64,000 nt of DNA from an uncultured Ignavibacteriaceae bacterium (GTDB lineage: Bacteria; Bacteroidota; Ignavibacteria; UBA10030): contig CAZYYD010000022.1 of NCBI GenBank assembly GCA_964651225.1, positions 2,131 to 66,130 on the forward strand. The letters are read 5' to 3'. How positions within the stretch are numbered: the stretch's first letter is position 1; every line of letters starts with the position of its first letter. The notes beneath the pieces are model-generated. The model did not search any database and had not been told where the DNA came from. It was given only the letters and a program-made list of their open reading frames with translations. This document shows positions 27,318-36,128 of the stretch, piece by piece. The position numbers and the translations under genes were made by a program.

Positions 27318-27887
27318 CTAATATGTTTTTACTGCACTGAAAGAAATTTGCGGAGTACCCGTAACAGGATCCGGAATTCGCGGAAGATATGTCGGTTGTT
27401 CCACGGTCACCACTATTCGCTTGAAGTATCCATAGTCACTGCTAGCGACATTCAAATTTTCGGGTTGTGTATATGTCACCGTACATATTGCTATGAATCC
27501 TTTTATCGTAGGAGTGTTGACCTTCCGTACATATCCATTATAATCATCGAAGTCATTATAGGATGTCGTGGAACGGAACGAAGGCAAAGACGAAGAAAAA
27601 GAAGTATCCGGCGATGAAACTGTAAATTTGGGTTCAGACCATTCAGGTTTTAATAATGATGGAGATGTAAATTCGGTGGAATCCGGATAGTAACTGAACG
27701 TGGTTTTATCGTATCGCTTACTCAGTGCTTCATTGATGATTTCATTTGCGATTTCGCCGGCAGCATTTTTTGCAATGCTTATATATTCATCCTGCTGACT
27801 CAAAATGATCATTCTGTTCGCACTGATCACCAGAATCGTAATCAGAACGAGTGCCGCTGCCGCTAATATCGATTGTCCTAAATTCAC
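27318..27887 (-). CDS. Membrane-anchored pseudopilin-like protein, non-canonical N-terminus
   Basis: GTG start with GGGAG 5 nt upstream and an in-frame TAA just before it. N-terminus MNLGQSILAAAALVLITILVISA, then a helix AKNAAGEIANEIINEAL and a beta-rich C-terminus (FDDYNGY...VTVTYT...IVVTVE). It is coupled to the PilB-like gene. Confidence 0.35.
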   Translation of the reverse strand: MNLGQSILAAAALVLITILVISANRMIILSQQDEYISIAKNAAGEIANEIINEALSKRYDKTTFSYYPDSTEFTSPSLLKPEWSEPKFTVSSPDTSFSSSLPSFRSTTSYNDFDDYNGYVRKVNTPTIKGFIAICTVTYTQPENLNVASSDYGYFKRIVVTVEQPTYLPRIPDPVTGTPQISFSAVKTY

Positions 27888-27951
27888 TTTGCTCCCTTAT
27901 ACCATATCCCTCATCCCCGAACATCATACAGACCAGGCCAGCCAAACAATG

Positions 27952-29811
27952 TTAATCGTCTTCCATAGTAACTGTTGCAACCTCTTCCAGCGAGGTAACA
28001 CCCTGTTTCAGCAATTCAATCCCCGACTGGCGCAATGTTTGCATACCGTTTTTTATAGCGAGTGATCGTAGAGTATCTTCATCGACCAGTTGATCAGATT
28101 TTAGAATAATCTGACGGATATTTTTATGGAAATATAATGCCTCGTGAATGGCCAGACGTCCTTTGTATCCATGAACACAATCACTGCATCCGACGGGCTT
28201 ATAGATCGTCATATGTTTCGCCTCCTTCTCTCCAATCCCAAGCTTGATCAGTGCTTCGGCATCAATGTCCTCCAGCGGTGCTTTACACTTCGAGCACAAT
28301 CGGCGTACCAGCCGCTGAGCAATGATGAGGTTGATGGCATAGGCGATCAGGAACGGTTCCACCCCCATTTTAAACAGACGTGAAATGGCGCTCGGGGCAT
28401 CATTCGTGTGCAAGGTGGAAAGCGTGAGGTGCCCCGTGTTTGCAAGTTTGATCGCGATATCGGCCGTAATACGATCACGCATTTCACCAACCATGACAAT
28501 ATCAGGATCATGGCGGAGGATTGCCCGTAACGCTCCTTCGAAGTCGAGTTTGGGATTCAGTTTTACCTGGCGTCCGCCTTCAATAAGATATTCAACAGGG
28601 TCTTCTACCGTCATAATGTTGATGGAGGGATCCATGATCGCACGAAGAGCGGCAACAAGCGTCGTGCTTTTCCCGCTTCCGGTCGGCCCGGTAACGATAA
28701 TGATCCCGTGCGGTTTTGAAAGCGCTCTTCGAAGCGTTTTCTCGGCATACGGCTCAAAACCAAGGTGCTCAATGGAGATATCGAGGTTGGGCGCTTGCAG
28801 AATTCTGATGACGATCGATTCATATTTGCTTTTGAGTTCTTTCCCTACCATCGGGATCACCGAGAGACGGCACCGGACGGTCTTGCGGTCAATGACGATT
28901 TGAGCGAAACCGTCCTGAGCAGCATTCCGTTCAAATCGATCAAGGTTTTTTGCACGATCTTTCACAACCGCGGAAACAGCCTCTGCGCGAGCATCAGTAT
29001 AGGTAAACCAGAGCGACAACTTCCCATCAATGCGGAAATGGAATTCCGTGACTTTTTCACCGCGGGGAATAACATGGATATCGCTGGCACCGACCCGCAC
29101 ACCATCGATAAAAATCTTCTCGATAAGGTCGACCAGTCCGCTTCTGCTGATTTCATCTTCAAGAGCTTGTTCGTACTGTTGTGCTTCCTGTTCGCTTTCA
29201 TCCTGCATTTCCACAATATCTTCTGCGTGCTGCTGATATGCCGATCGATCGATGGCAACGCGCTTCCATAAATCGGTCCACTGGGAAAACGGCATATAAC
29301 AGATTTCGAATTTGCCGTAACGAAAAGCGCGTGCAACCGATACGGCTCCCTCCCCCGTGGGATCGGGTGTTGCGACGAGAAGCCGATCCGTTCGATTAGG
29401 GTCGACAGAAAAGGGGAGCACGCTGTATTCGATCGCTTTGTCTTTGATCGTATCCGGTAGTGCATTGAACTCACGACGGATAAAAGCCAGTCGTTCATCC
29501 GAAGGCGCAGCTTTGGAAATATCCAGAATGCGGAATGCATAGAACTTTGCTACTTCAAGATAGAGCCGATCGCGATCCACTTTAAAGGTGTTCGAAAGAA
29601 CCCACGGAAGATTTCGTCTCTTCTTTTGAGTATCCCCGCTTATAATCCGTAGTGCTTCCGAAAGCATCTCCGGCGTAATGATCTCCTTATCTACAAGGAC
29701 ATCAGCAAGGTCGCGTTTTTTTACGCTGCTCGTCGTCTCGGGTCCGACTGAATTTATCATAGTTCCTGCTCTCGTCGATAGATGGTCGCTGTTCTCTGCA
29801 CAAGAACACAT
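27952..29811 (-). CDS. Type II/IV secretion ATPase (GspE/PilB family)
   Basis: Walker A VTGPTGSGKSTTL, GEMRD, LSTLHTNDA, tetracysteine CSKC...GCSDC, and a GspE-N-like N-terminal domain. An alternative start lies at the ATG at 29760. Confidence 0.9.
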   Translation of the reverse strand: MCSCAENSDHLSTRAGTMINSVGPETTSSVKKRDLADVLVDKEIITPEMLSEALRIISGDTQKKRRNLPWVLSNTFKVDRDRLYLEVAKFYAFRILDISKAAPSDERLAFIRREFNALPDTIKDKAIEYSVLPFSVDPNRTDRLLVATPDPTGEGAVSVARAFRYGKFEICYMPFSQWTDLWKRVAIDRSAYQQHAEDIVEMQDESEQEAQQYEQALEDEISRSGLVDLIEKIFIDGVRVGASDIHVIPRGEKVTEFHFRIDGKLSLWFTYTDARAEAVSAVVKDRAKNLDRFERNAAQDGFAQIVIDRKTVRCRLSVIPMVGKELKSKYESIVIRILQAPNLDISIEHLGFEPYAEKTLRRALSKPHGIIIVTGPTGSGKSTTLVAALRAIMDPSINIMTVEDPVEYLIEGGRQVKLNPKLDFEGALRAILRHDPDIVMVGEMRDRITADIAIKLANTGHLTLSTLHTNDAPSAISRLFKMGVEPFLIAYAINLIIAQRLVRRLCSKCKAPLEDIDAEALIKLGIGEKEAKHMTIYKPVGCSDCVHGYKGRLAIHEALYFHKNIRQIILKSDQLVDEDTLRSLAIKNGMQTLRQSGIELLKQGVTSLEEVATVTMEDD

Positions 29812-29830
29812 CGCTGTGTCGTGAAGGTTT

Positions 29831-31183
29831 TCAATTGATACTCACATTTGCTGTTTCCGATGAAAGTAACGTAAGGAAAACAAGGGAAAGTGTTATCATG
29901 AGTGTCACTGACATCTCAATAACATTTGCCAGATTTTTCATGGCATAGCCATTTTCCATTTGATAATAATCGGCGAGCTGGGTGGCTGTCGACTTGACGT
30001 TGCCGGTTTCTGCTCCTGTTTTGAATCGCGAGATGACCATCTCAGGGAAGAACCCTGTATTTTCTATCGCTTTTCCGAGTTCTACGCCAAACCGCAGCAT
30101 GTTAGGAATGGCCACCGTACGAATCTGATGCGCTAAATAGGGGTTGCCGCAGCTGTCTCCGGCAATTTGAATCGCATCGATATTCTCGCCGGAGGAAGTG
30201 TACATAATGCCAAACACACGGCAAAAAATTTCAATGCTTGTATCACGCATGATGCGGCCTAAATAGGGAACGCGAATGATCAACTGATGATACTTCAGGC
30301 GCCCTGATGCAGAAGTGACATAGAGATAAAAAACAATACAGAGAAGAAAGACAAGAGCGGCGATATAGAAAAAATTTCCTTTGACCCATGCACTGGCTTC
30401 GAGTGTCATCGCAGTCAATGGCGGAATAGTGGTCATTCTCGGTCCTAGCATTTCCATCATTTGAGGCAAAAGATACAGCACATAGAATCCAATCGCGCCG
30501 ACCAATGTGAGCGCCGTAATGCCCGGAAGCATAAGGGAACTGGTCAATCCCTTTTTAAAATCTGCCTGCCGTTCCACCAGATGCGCCACACTTTCAAACA
30601 CCTGCGTCATGTTGCCGCTCTTGGTCGCAATTCCCAGCATAAGACTTGTATGATATCCAAACACATGTGCCTGACGTAAAAAAGCCTCTCGTGAATCTGT
30701 TCCATTCCGCAGGTCGTTAATAATTTCGCGTAAAGCACCCTTGAGATTTCTTTCCTTTGTGTGGTTTACCATGAGCTGCAGGACATCATGAAAAGGAAGC
30801 TTCTGCTCAATAAGCTTTGCAGATTGTGTAATAAAACCTACAACTTCAGTCGCGGGGGCTCTAGCAAATAAATTTGTCCGGCGATGTACCCATTTAATCT
30901 TAAATCCCAGGCGTTGAAGGGCAAGAACAACCTCCTCCCGCGAATAGGCACTCTGAGATCCTTCGATAGTATTGTTACCCTGTCGAACTTTATATTGATA
31001 CACAACCTTTTTCTTTATGGATTGAATGGTGCTGTCCCGCGGTAGGAAAGCAGCTGCCCGTTTTTTTGCGAGGGTGTCGGATCCCGCGACAATTTGCCGT
31101 CGCGTAATCCTCCCGGACTTGTCTCGAATCACTACCTGATATTCATTTGCAGCAGATGATTGCATGAAATTCCCCTTCTCCAC
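29831..31183 (-). CDS. Type II secretion system F / PilC-family platform protein
   Basis: 450 aa with two T2SSF-like halves and three hydrophobic segments. The N-terminal Y-x-Y...G...L...G module appears duplicated (YQVVIRDKSGRI... and YQYKVRQGNNTIEG...LQRLGF). Confidence 0.85.
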   Translation of the reverse strand: MEKGNFMQSSAANEYQVVIRDKSGRITRRQIVAGSDTLAKKRAAAFLPRDSTIQSIKKKVVYQYKVRQGNNTIEGSQSAYSREEVVLALQRLGFKIKWVHRRTNLFARAPATEVVGFITQSAKLIEQKLPFHDVLQLMVNHTKERNLKGALREIINDLRNGTDSREAFLRQAHVFGYHTSLMLGIATKSGNMTQVFESVAHLVERQADFKKGLTSSLMLPGITALTLVGAIGFYVLYLLPQMMEMLGPRMTTIPPLTAMTLEASAWVKGNFFYIAALVFLLCIVFYLYVTSASGRLKYHQLIIRVPYLGRIMRDTSIEIFCRVFGIMYTSSGENIDAIQIAGDSCGNPYLAHQIRTVAIPNMLRFGVELGKAIENTGFFPEMVISRFKTGAETGNVKSTATQLADYYQMENGYAMKNLANVIEMSVTLMITLSLVFLTLLSSETANVSIN

Positions 31184-31261
31184 TTCAACGGAGATTCTAT
31201 ACCTTTCTCTAAAGTAATATAATAAAAATAATGCAATGGAATCTCAAGAGCTGGCATACTC

Positions 31262-31281
31262 TTTCCCCTAATTATTTCCCT
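31262..31281. promoter_or_regulatory. TTTCCCC-N6-TTTCCCT motif in the divergent promoter region
   Basis: TTTCCCCTAATTATTTCCCT lies ~80 nt upstream of the PilC-like start. Compare TTTCCCCCTTATTCTTTCCT at 37871-37890. Confidence 0.3.
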
Positions 31282-31507
31282 CAAAATCTCTCTGTAATAT
31301 GCCAATTATAGAGCAAATGTGCATGTTTGGGCTTCCCTCGTGCTTCCTCTTGAAAATGAATGACCCAACTCCTTGCATTTTTTTACGTCTTCACTTACAT
31401 TGAGTAGCAGGCGATTAAAAAGTTACTATGAATCAAGGCATTCATGCACGTCTGCTGCTCATCAATGCTGCAGGGGGAAAAATGACGATTCGGGGATGGG
31501 AATAGGA

Positions 31508-32686
31508 ATGGCTGACGCGGACAAGAATAAGATGGTTGCAAAGGAGTATCTTCTTGCATCCGATAAATATCTGAAAAGTGGTATGTTCGACAAAGCTCGT
31601 CAGGAAATTGACAAGGCGAAGCAGAATGATCCTTCGAATCCTTATATTCCGGCCTTTGAAGAACGCTTAAGGCTTTTTGAGCAGACGCATGCCAAGCAAA
31701 ATGCACCTGCAGGCGTCTCAAGCACTCCGCCCGCCCCGCGTCCGGCTCCCCCAGTACCTGAGATAGGAAAAAGGACAGAGATTCCCATGCCGCCGCTGAC
31801 ACCGCCGCCGATAAAATCTGTTCCGGTTCCTCGGCATGAACCGGCTGCCTCTTCAGGAAAAGAAGAGATGCTCACATCGACGATTGGCGAAATGCGTCAG
31901 CAACTCGAAGCGTTGAGCCGTGCACTGGAGCATGAACGGAAAGCTCGCGAAGAAATTGTCAATCAACAGCTCGAGTCGGCAGTCCGTCAATTGCGCGTAG
32001 CACTCGAACGAGCATGGCAGTTTGGCGCACCCAAGACCGAAGAAGCAGAGGAGATTCACAGGTTAGCACGGACATTAAATGTATCGTCCGAAATAGAGAC
32101 TTCCGTGACACGGGAAGTCAAATTAATGATGTACAGTAAAGCCGTGAAAGAGGTCATCGCAAAGCGAAAACTCCTGCGGAGTTCCTCTTCTACGCTGGAA
32201 TGGCTGCGAAAAATTTATCAGATCTCCATTAATGAATATCTGGAATATGAATCTCATTTCTTAATGGAATTAGTGACAAGTCAATTTCGAGGCACGATGC
32301 TGTTCATATCCCCGAATGTAAAAATTCGGGAAGAACTCGTCCCCCGGTTTAAAGAAACCGGTTTCGCTGTAGCTTCTGCTGTGAGCGCCGAAGAGGCCCT
32401 TGAAAAGGTTGAGAGATTAAATCCTACGGTTGTTCTTTGTGATACCATGGCAGAACAAGGCGGCTTAAGCGGCTTTAAGTTCCTTCATTTTTGGCGTACT
32501 CGATCAAAGTACGGGACCATTCCTTTTATTCTTTTATGTGAGCCCCATGAAGAAAGCCAGCTTCAAGCATCGGAATTAAAAGAAGTGGAAGGATATATTT
32601 CAAAAACGTGCGAGTTCGATGAGATCAACGCTTTAGTCAATGAAAAATTACATCGTGTTCGTGAATATATCGGAACGCTGACATGA
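31508..32686 (+). CDS. Multidomain signalling-adaptor-like protein (TPR-like N-terminus, Pro-rich linker, coiled coil, divergent receiver-like C-terminus)
   Basis: Start placed at MADADKNK (GGGAATAGGA upstream); the track ORF starts at 31373. Pro-rich TPPAPRPAPPVPE...PPLTPPPIKSVPVP. The C-terminal ~120 aa (MLFISPN...VVLCDTMA...PFILLCEP...YISKT) look like a receiver fold lacking the N-terminal acidic pair. Confidence 0.5.
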   Translation: MADADKNKMVAKEYLLASDKYLKSGMFDKARQEIDKAKQNDPSNPYIPAFEERLRLFEQTHAKQNAPAGVSSTPPAPRPAPPVPEIGKRTEIPMPPLTPPPIKSVPVPRHEPAASSGKEEMLTSTIGEMRQQLEALSRALEHERKAREEIVNQQLESAVRQLRVALERAWQFGAPKTEEAEEIHRLARTLNVSSEIETSVTREVKLMMYSKAVKEVIAKRKLLRSSSSTLEWLRKIYQISINEYLEYESHFLMELVTSQFRGTMLFISPNVKIREELVPRFKETGFAVASAVSAEEALEKVERLNPTVVLCDTMAEQGGLSGFKFLHFWRTRSKYGTIPFILLCEPHEESQLQASELKEVEGYISKTCEFDEINALVNEKLHRVREYIGTLT

Positions 32687-32740
32687 GCTTTCAGCACTAC
32701 GGTCGTATTTTCATTTAACGTTTTTCAGGAGATTGAAATA

Positions 32741-33133
32741 ATGGGCAAGATTATATTGTTAGTGGAAGATGATGAGGACAATCGTGATTTGGTGGAATTT
32801 GTTATTGCCCGAAGCCGTCTTGATCTCGAATTAGTCTTGGCCGCCAATGGTCAGGAAGCCGTAGATTCTCTCAAGAAGAAACGGCCCGATTTAATTCTCA
32901 TGGATATGCAGATGCCTGTGATGGATGGTTATACGGCCGTTTCCATTATCAAAGCAGATCCACAGTACAAATCCATCCCGATCATTGCATTTACTGCATT
33001 AGCACGTCCGGAGGATATTGCCCGAACGCGTGCGCTCGGCTGTGTTGAGCATTATACAAAACCCATGGATCCCGAAGAACTGCTGAATATTATCCAGAAA
33101 TATACCGGTATACCCACTCAGGGAAGTTCATGA
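32741..33133 (+). CDS. Single-domain response regulator (CheY-like)
   Basis: ILLVEDDEDNRDL, LILMDMQMPVMDG, IIAFTA, YTKP. Confidence 0.85.
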   Translation: MGKIILLVEDDEDNRDLVEFVIARSRLDLELVLAANGQEAVDSLKKKRPDLILMDMQMPVMDGYTAVSIIKADPQYKSIPIIAFTALARPEDIARTRALGCVEHYTKPMDPEELLNIIQKYTGIPTQGSS

Positions 33134-33188
33134 AAGAGTGTTGGTTCTTGAGAAGAATATTCTTTGACTAGAGGAAAGGAATGATTGA

Positions 33189-34280
33189 ATGAAAGCTTCA
33201 ATTCTTGTTGTTGATGACCAGGAAACGATTGCCATGTCCACCAAGGCAAAGCTGATGTCTCAGGGATTTGATGTCGATACAGCGGGAAACGGTGAAGAAG
33301 CATTGGATCGGATCCAGGCAAAAAGTTATGATATCGTCCTTCTTGATATCAATATGCCCCGCATGAACGGCGTACAGGTACTGGAATTCATCACTGCAAA
33401 ACATCCTTATTCAGATGTGATGATGATGACGGGGTTTGACGACTTTACGCTGGCGACCGAATGCTTGAAGAAGGGGGCTAAGGATTATCTCCTGAAGCCC
33501 ATGGACCTTACCGAGCTGGTGGCCCGTATTAACTCATTGCTCCGGGCTCGCGCTTCAGAACATCAATACACCGATCTCAGGAATTTTTGGCAATCCACGG
33601 TATTGTTCGATGTCTTTGGATCGCTGCAGAGTGTTCGTTTCATTCTCAATCATGCTGCAGAGTCCTTGAAATCTGTCCTCCCTGAGAAGGATGTCCTGCT
33701 ACTCTCCCATGCACGCTCCCTGAACGACCGAATTACACAAACGCTCAAGGACAGTGTCAAGGTAACCGATCTTGCAGAAGGATCGCTGCTGTTCCGTCAG
33801 GTCGACATCGATCTCGGGTATCTTATTAAACAGATTTTCGACCGCTATGAACCATGTATTCTGCAAAAAGGAATCGTCTTTCAGCAATCCAATGATCCGA
33901 AACTCCCGCGAGTCAAATGCGATGCCGAAAGGATTGAGCAGGTGGTAAACAGTATTATTGAGAATGGTATCGAGACGTCAAATCCCGGCGATCTCTTCAG
34001 CGTCGCTATTTCGAAGTCTCAAGTCGGACTCTACGGGGAACCTTCTGAATATGCAGTGTGTAAAATTGAGTATTCCAATCATTCCATAACACCCGAAAAC
34101 CTTTTAGCAATTTTAAGTGAAAAAGAAGTTGCTTGGAAAAATATCAGTCCTACCATCGGTGTCAGTACGTTTAATCTTGCAATCTCTCGGAGAATCATCG
34201 AGGCTCAGGGAGGGTCATTCCAGGTGGAGTCAGGAGAAAAAGGGCGCATCCAGGTACGGTTTGCGCTGCCCCTGATGTAA
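33189..34280 (+). CDS. Receiver domain fused to a degenerate histidine-kinase-like module
   Basis: The receiver is intact (ILVVDDQ, VLLDINMPRMNG, MMMTG, YLLKP). The kinase half has an N-box-like VVNSIIENGIETS, but I cannot find a canonical H-box (position reads VFGSLQSV) or DxGxG/GxGLG boxes. Confidence 0.6.
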   Translation: MKASILVVDDQETIAMSTKAKLMSQGFDVDTAGNGEEALDRIQAKSYDIVLLDINMPRMNGVQVLEFITAKHPYSDVMMMTGFDDFTLATECLKKGAKDYLLKPMDLTELVARINSLLRARASEHQYTDLRNFWQSTVLFDVFGSLQSVRFILNHAAESLKSVLPEKDVLLLSHARSLNDRITQTLKDSVKVTDLAEGSLLFRQVDIDLGYLIKQIFDRYEPCILQKGIVFQQSNDPKLPRVKCDAERIEQVVNSIIENGIETSNPGDLFSVAISKSQVGLYGEPSEYAVCKIEYSNHSITPENLLAILSEKEVAWKNISPTIGVSTFNLAISRRIIEAQGGSFQVESGEKGRIQVRFALPLM

Positions 34281-34304
34281 TAAACCGAAATCCACCATCG
34301 GTAC

Positions 34305-34345
34305 AAAAAAAACCGGTTACCCAAAAACGGTAACCGAAAAAATTT
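34305..34345. terminator. Bidirectional rho-independent terminator between convergent genes
   Basis: CGGTTACC-CAAAAAC-GGTAACCG (34314-34336) is a perfect 8-bp stem. It is flanked by A8 upstream and A6TTT downstream, so the minus-strand reading gives a T8 tail. Confidence 0.7.
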
Positions 34346-34367
34346 GTGTGTTTCTTTCAGTTCAGGT

Positions 34368-34877
34368 TTATGAAGGAAGCTCGGAAGCCGGAAGTTGATA
34401 CGGATAGACGTACACTTTGACAACATTCCACTTGCAATATAAATAACCGTACGAATCTTTTTTGTTCTTTTGATAATCAGACCACCACCATGACGAGTAG
34501 GGTGGTTCAGGGACTATCTTAAGGACCGCAATTTGTTTCGCTGCAACATCTCCAAATTTCGCAATCACCGTAACACGCGCTTGATTAGAGGGAAGGCTCT
34601 TCTTTTCAATAACATATGACACGGTGTCACCACCTGCCAACACATTGTTGACCTTCACTGTATCGTTGAATTTATTGTTATCCCACCAGAAAGGAATTGC
34701 CATATTGGTGACAGCATGGTTGAGACCGGCAGTTGCGATCATTCGCGCTTCTGCGTAATAACTTTTCTGGTCTCCTACCTGCATAATCCTGTTATTCATT
34801 CCCTGGATCATGAAGGCATAGAAACCAAACACGAGACTGAATCCACTTACTAAAACTACTTTTACAGTACCATTCAT
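34368..34877 (-). CDS. PilX-like pseudopilin-like protein
   Basis: N-terminal hydrophobic segment VVLVSGFSLVFGFYAFMI, then QKSYYAEARMIATAGLNHAV resembling the PilX_N ...AEAGl... signature. There is no Glu at +5 after the Gly. Confidence 0.4.
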   Translation of the reverse strand: MNGTVKVVLVSGFSLVFGFYAFMIQGMNNRIMQVGDQKSYYAEARMIATAGLNHAVTNMAIPFWWDNNKFNDTVKVNNVLAGGDTVSYVIEKKSLPSNQARVTVIAKFGDVAAKQIAVLKIVPEPPYSSWWWSDYQKNKKDSYGYLYCKWNVVKVYVYPYQLPASELPS

Positions 34878-34905
34878 ATTGCTGTCCGCTTAGCGCCCTA
34901 TATTT

Positions 34906-35259
34906 TTACGGCTTGAGATTATCCAAGATGCCTAATAAATTTTCCTTCGCTACGAATGCCGAGGCACCGACCTGCTGTGCGGCTTCCCTCATCGCTTTCG
35001 TATCGTCCTGCGTCATAATCATAACTTTTGCTTTAGGAAAACGCTCATGAATGAGTCCAGTTGCCGTGAGACCATCCATATCATTCATCTTCACATCCAT
35101 CAGCACCCAGTCAGGGCGATGAAGATTATATTCACTCACTGCATCCATACCATCCGCACATTCGAAGATCTTGCTTGTCTTGCGTTTAATGATATTCGCA
35201 ATCATCGACCTCATCTTTGCATTATCATCAACAATAAGAACACTTAAACTCGGATGCAT
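34906..35259 (-). CDS. Single-domain response regulator (CheY-like)
   Basis: VLIVDDNAKMR, WVLMDVKMNDMDG, IMTQDD, FVAKE. It lies 28 nt upstream of the PilX-like gene. Confidence 0.85.
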   Translation of the reverse strand: MHPSLSVLIVDDNAKMRSMIANIIKRKTSKIFECADGMDAVSEYNLHRPDWVLMDVKMNDMDGLTATGLIHERFPKAKVMIMTQDDTKAMREAAQQVGASAFVAKENLLGILDNLKP

Positions 35260-35338
35260 AGTTCCTTCTCAAAACATAATTGCTAAAATTATTGTGTATA
35301 ATTTATTCTTTTGCCATCACACATGCAATCAGTGTTAA

Positions 35339-35373
35339 CACCTATTCTTCTAGGTGTTTCCCCCTAGGGGAAA
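35339..35373. promoter_or_regulatory. Two adjacent inverted repeats, including TTTCCCC-CTA-GGGGAAA
   Basis: CACCTA-TTCTTC-TAGGTG (35339-35356) and TTTCCCC-CTA-GGGGAAA (35357-35373). The 14-mer AGGTGTTTCCCCCT (35352-35365) recurs at 37866-37879. Confidence 0.35.
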
Positions 35374-35468
35374 ACGGCGAAAAATAAAGGAAATCCGCAT
35401 TTAAGCATAGGGGTTAGAGTCTCTAAATTGAAAATATGTTAATTTTGCCTTGTATCCAACCAATGCCC

Positions 35469-36122
35469 TTAGAGAATAGATTTATTCTCCAGAAGAAATC
35501 GCAAAAGTGCATGACTTCCATGAATACCTAATTTTGAACATATATTTGTGCGATGATTTTCAACGGTTTTGGGACTGATGAATAATTCTTCCGCGACTTG
35601 TTTCGTACTCTTATTTTCTGCTATGAGTTTAATGACTCTCCGTTCTGCTACGGTTAATTGATCAAGACCGGTTGCTTTCTTCGACTGAGATACTGTTTGT
35701 CCGCTTCGACGAACAAGGAAATGAGAGAATAGGGAACAAACATAATAACGTCCCTTGGCAACTGAGCGGATAGCCTCTGCAATTTCGGTCGCTGCATTTT
35801 CCTTGCTCACGAATCCTTTTACGCCGAGATCCATCGCACGAGAAAACAGTTGTTCCTCCTTATGCATGGTAAGAATGATGATCTCAACAGGATTGTCTTG
35901 TTTTAAAACCGCCTGTGCAAAATCCAGACCGTTCATTTTTGGCATATCCAGATCAAGGATAACAACATCGATCGGATGATCATTGAGAAATGCGAGTGCT
36001 GCTTCGCCATCCGCTACATCTCCAACGACGTGCATCTTTTGTTCGGATTCAATAATAGTGCGGAGACCCCTCCGGAAAATTGGATGGTCATCAACGATAA
36101 GAACATTCAAGTCTTTACTCAT
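35469..36122 (-). CDS. NarL/LuxR-family response regulator
   Basis: Receiver (VLIVDDHPIFRRG, VILDLDMPKMNG) plus a C-terminal LuxR-type HTH (LTVAERRVIKLIAENKSTKQVAEELFISPKTVENHRTNICSKLG). Confidence 0.9.
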   Translation of the reverse strand: MSKDLNVLIVDDHPIFRRGLRTIIESEQKMHVVGDVADGEAALAFLNDHPIDVVILDLDMPKMNGLDFAQAVLKQDNPVEIIILTMHKEEQLFSRAMDLGVKGFVSKENAATEIAEAIRSVAKGRYYVCSLFSHFLVRRSGQTVSQSKKATGLDQLTVAERRVIKLIAENKSTKQVAEELFISPKTVENHRTNICSKLGIHGSHALLRFLLENKSIL

Positions 36123-36128
36123 AGATGC

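Noticed and set aside
27952-29811. Possible c-di-GMP-binding MshEN-type motif in the N-terminus of the PilB-like ATPase (DLADVLVDKEIITPEMLSEALRI).
   Set aside because: It has the general hydrophobic spacing, but the leading RLG signature is replaced by DLA. I cannot support a binding-site call by eye.
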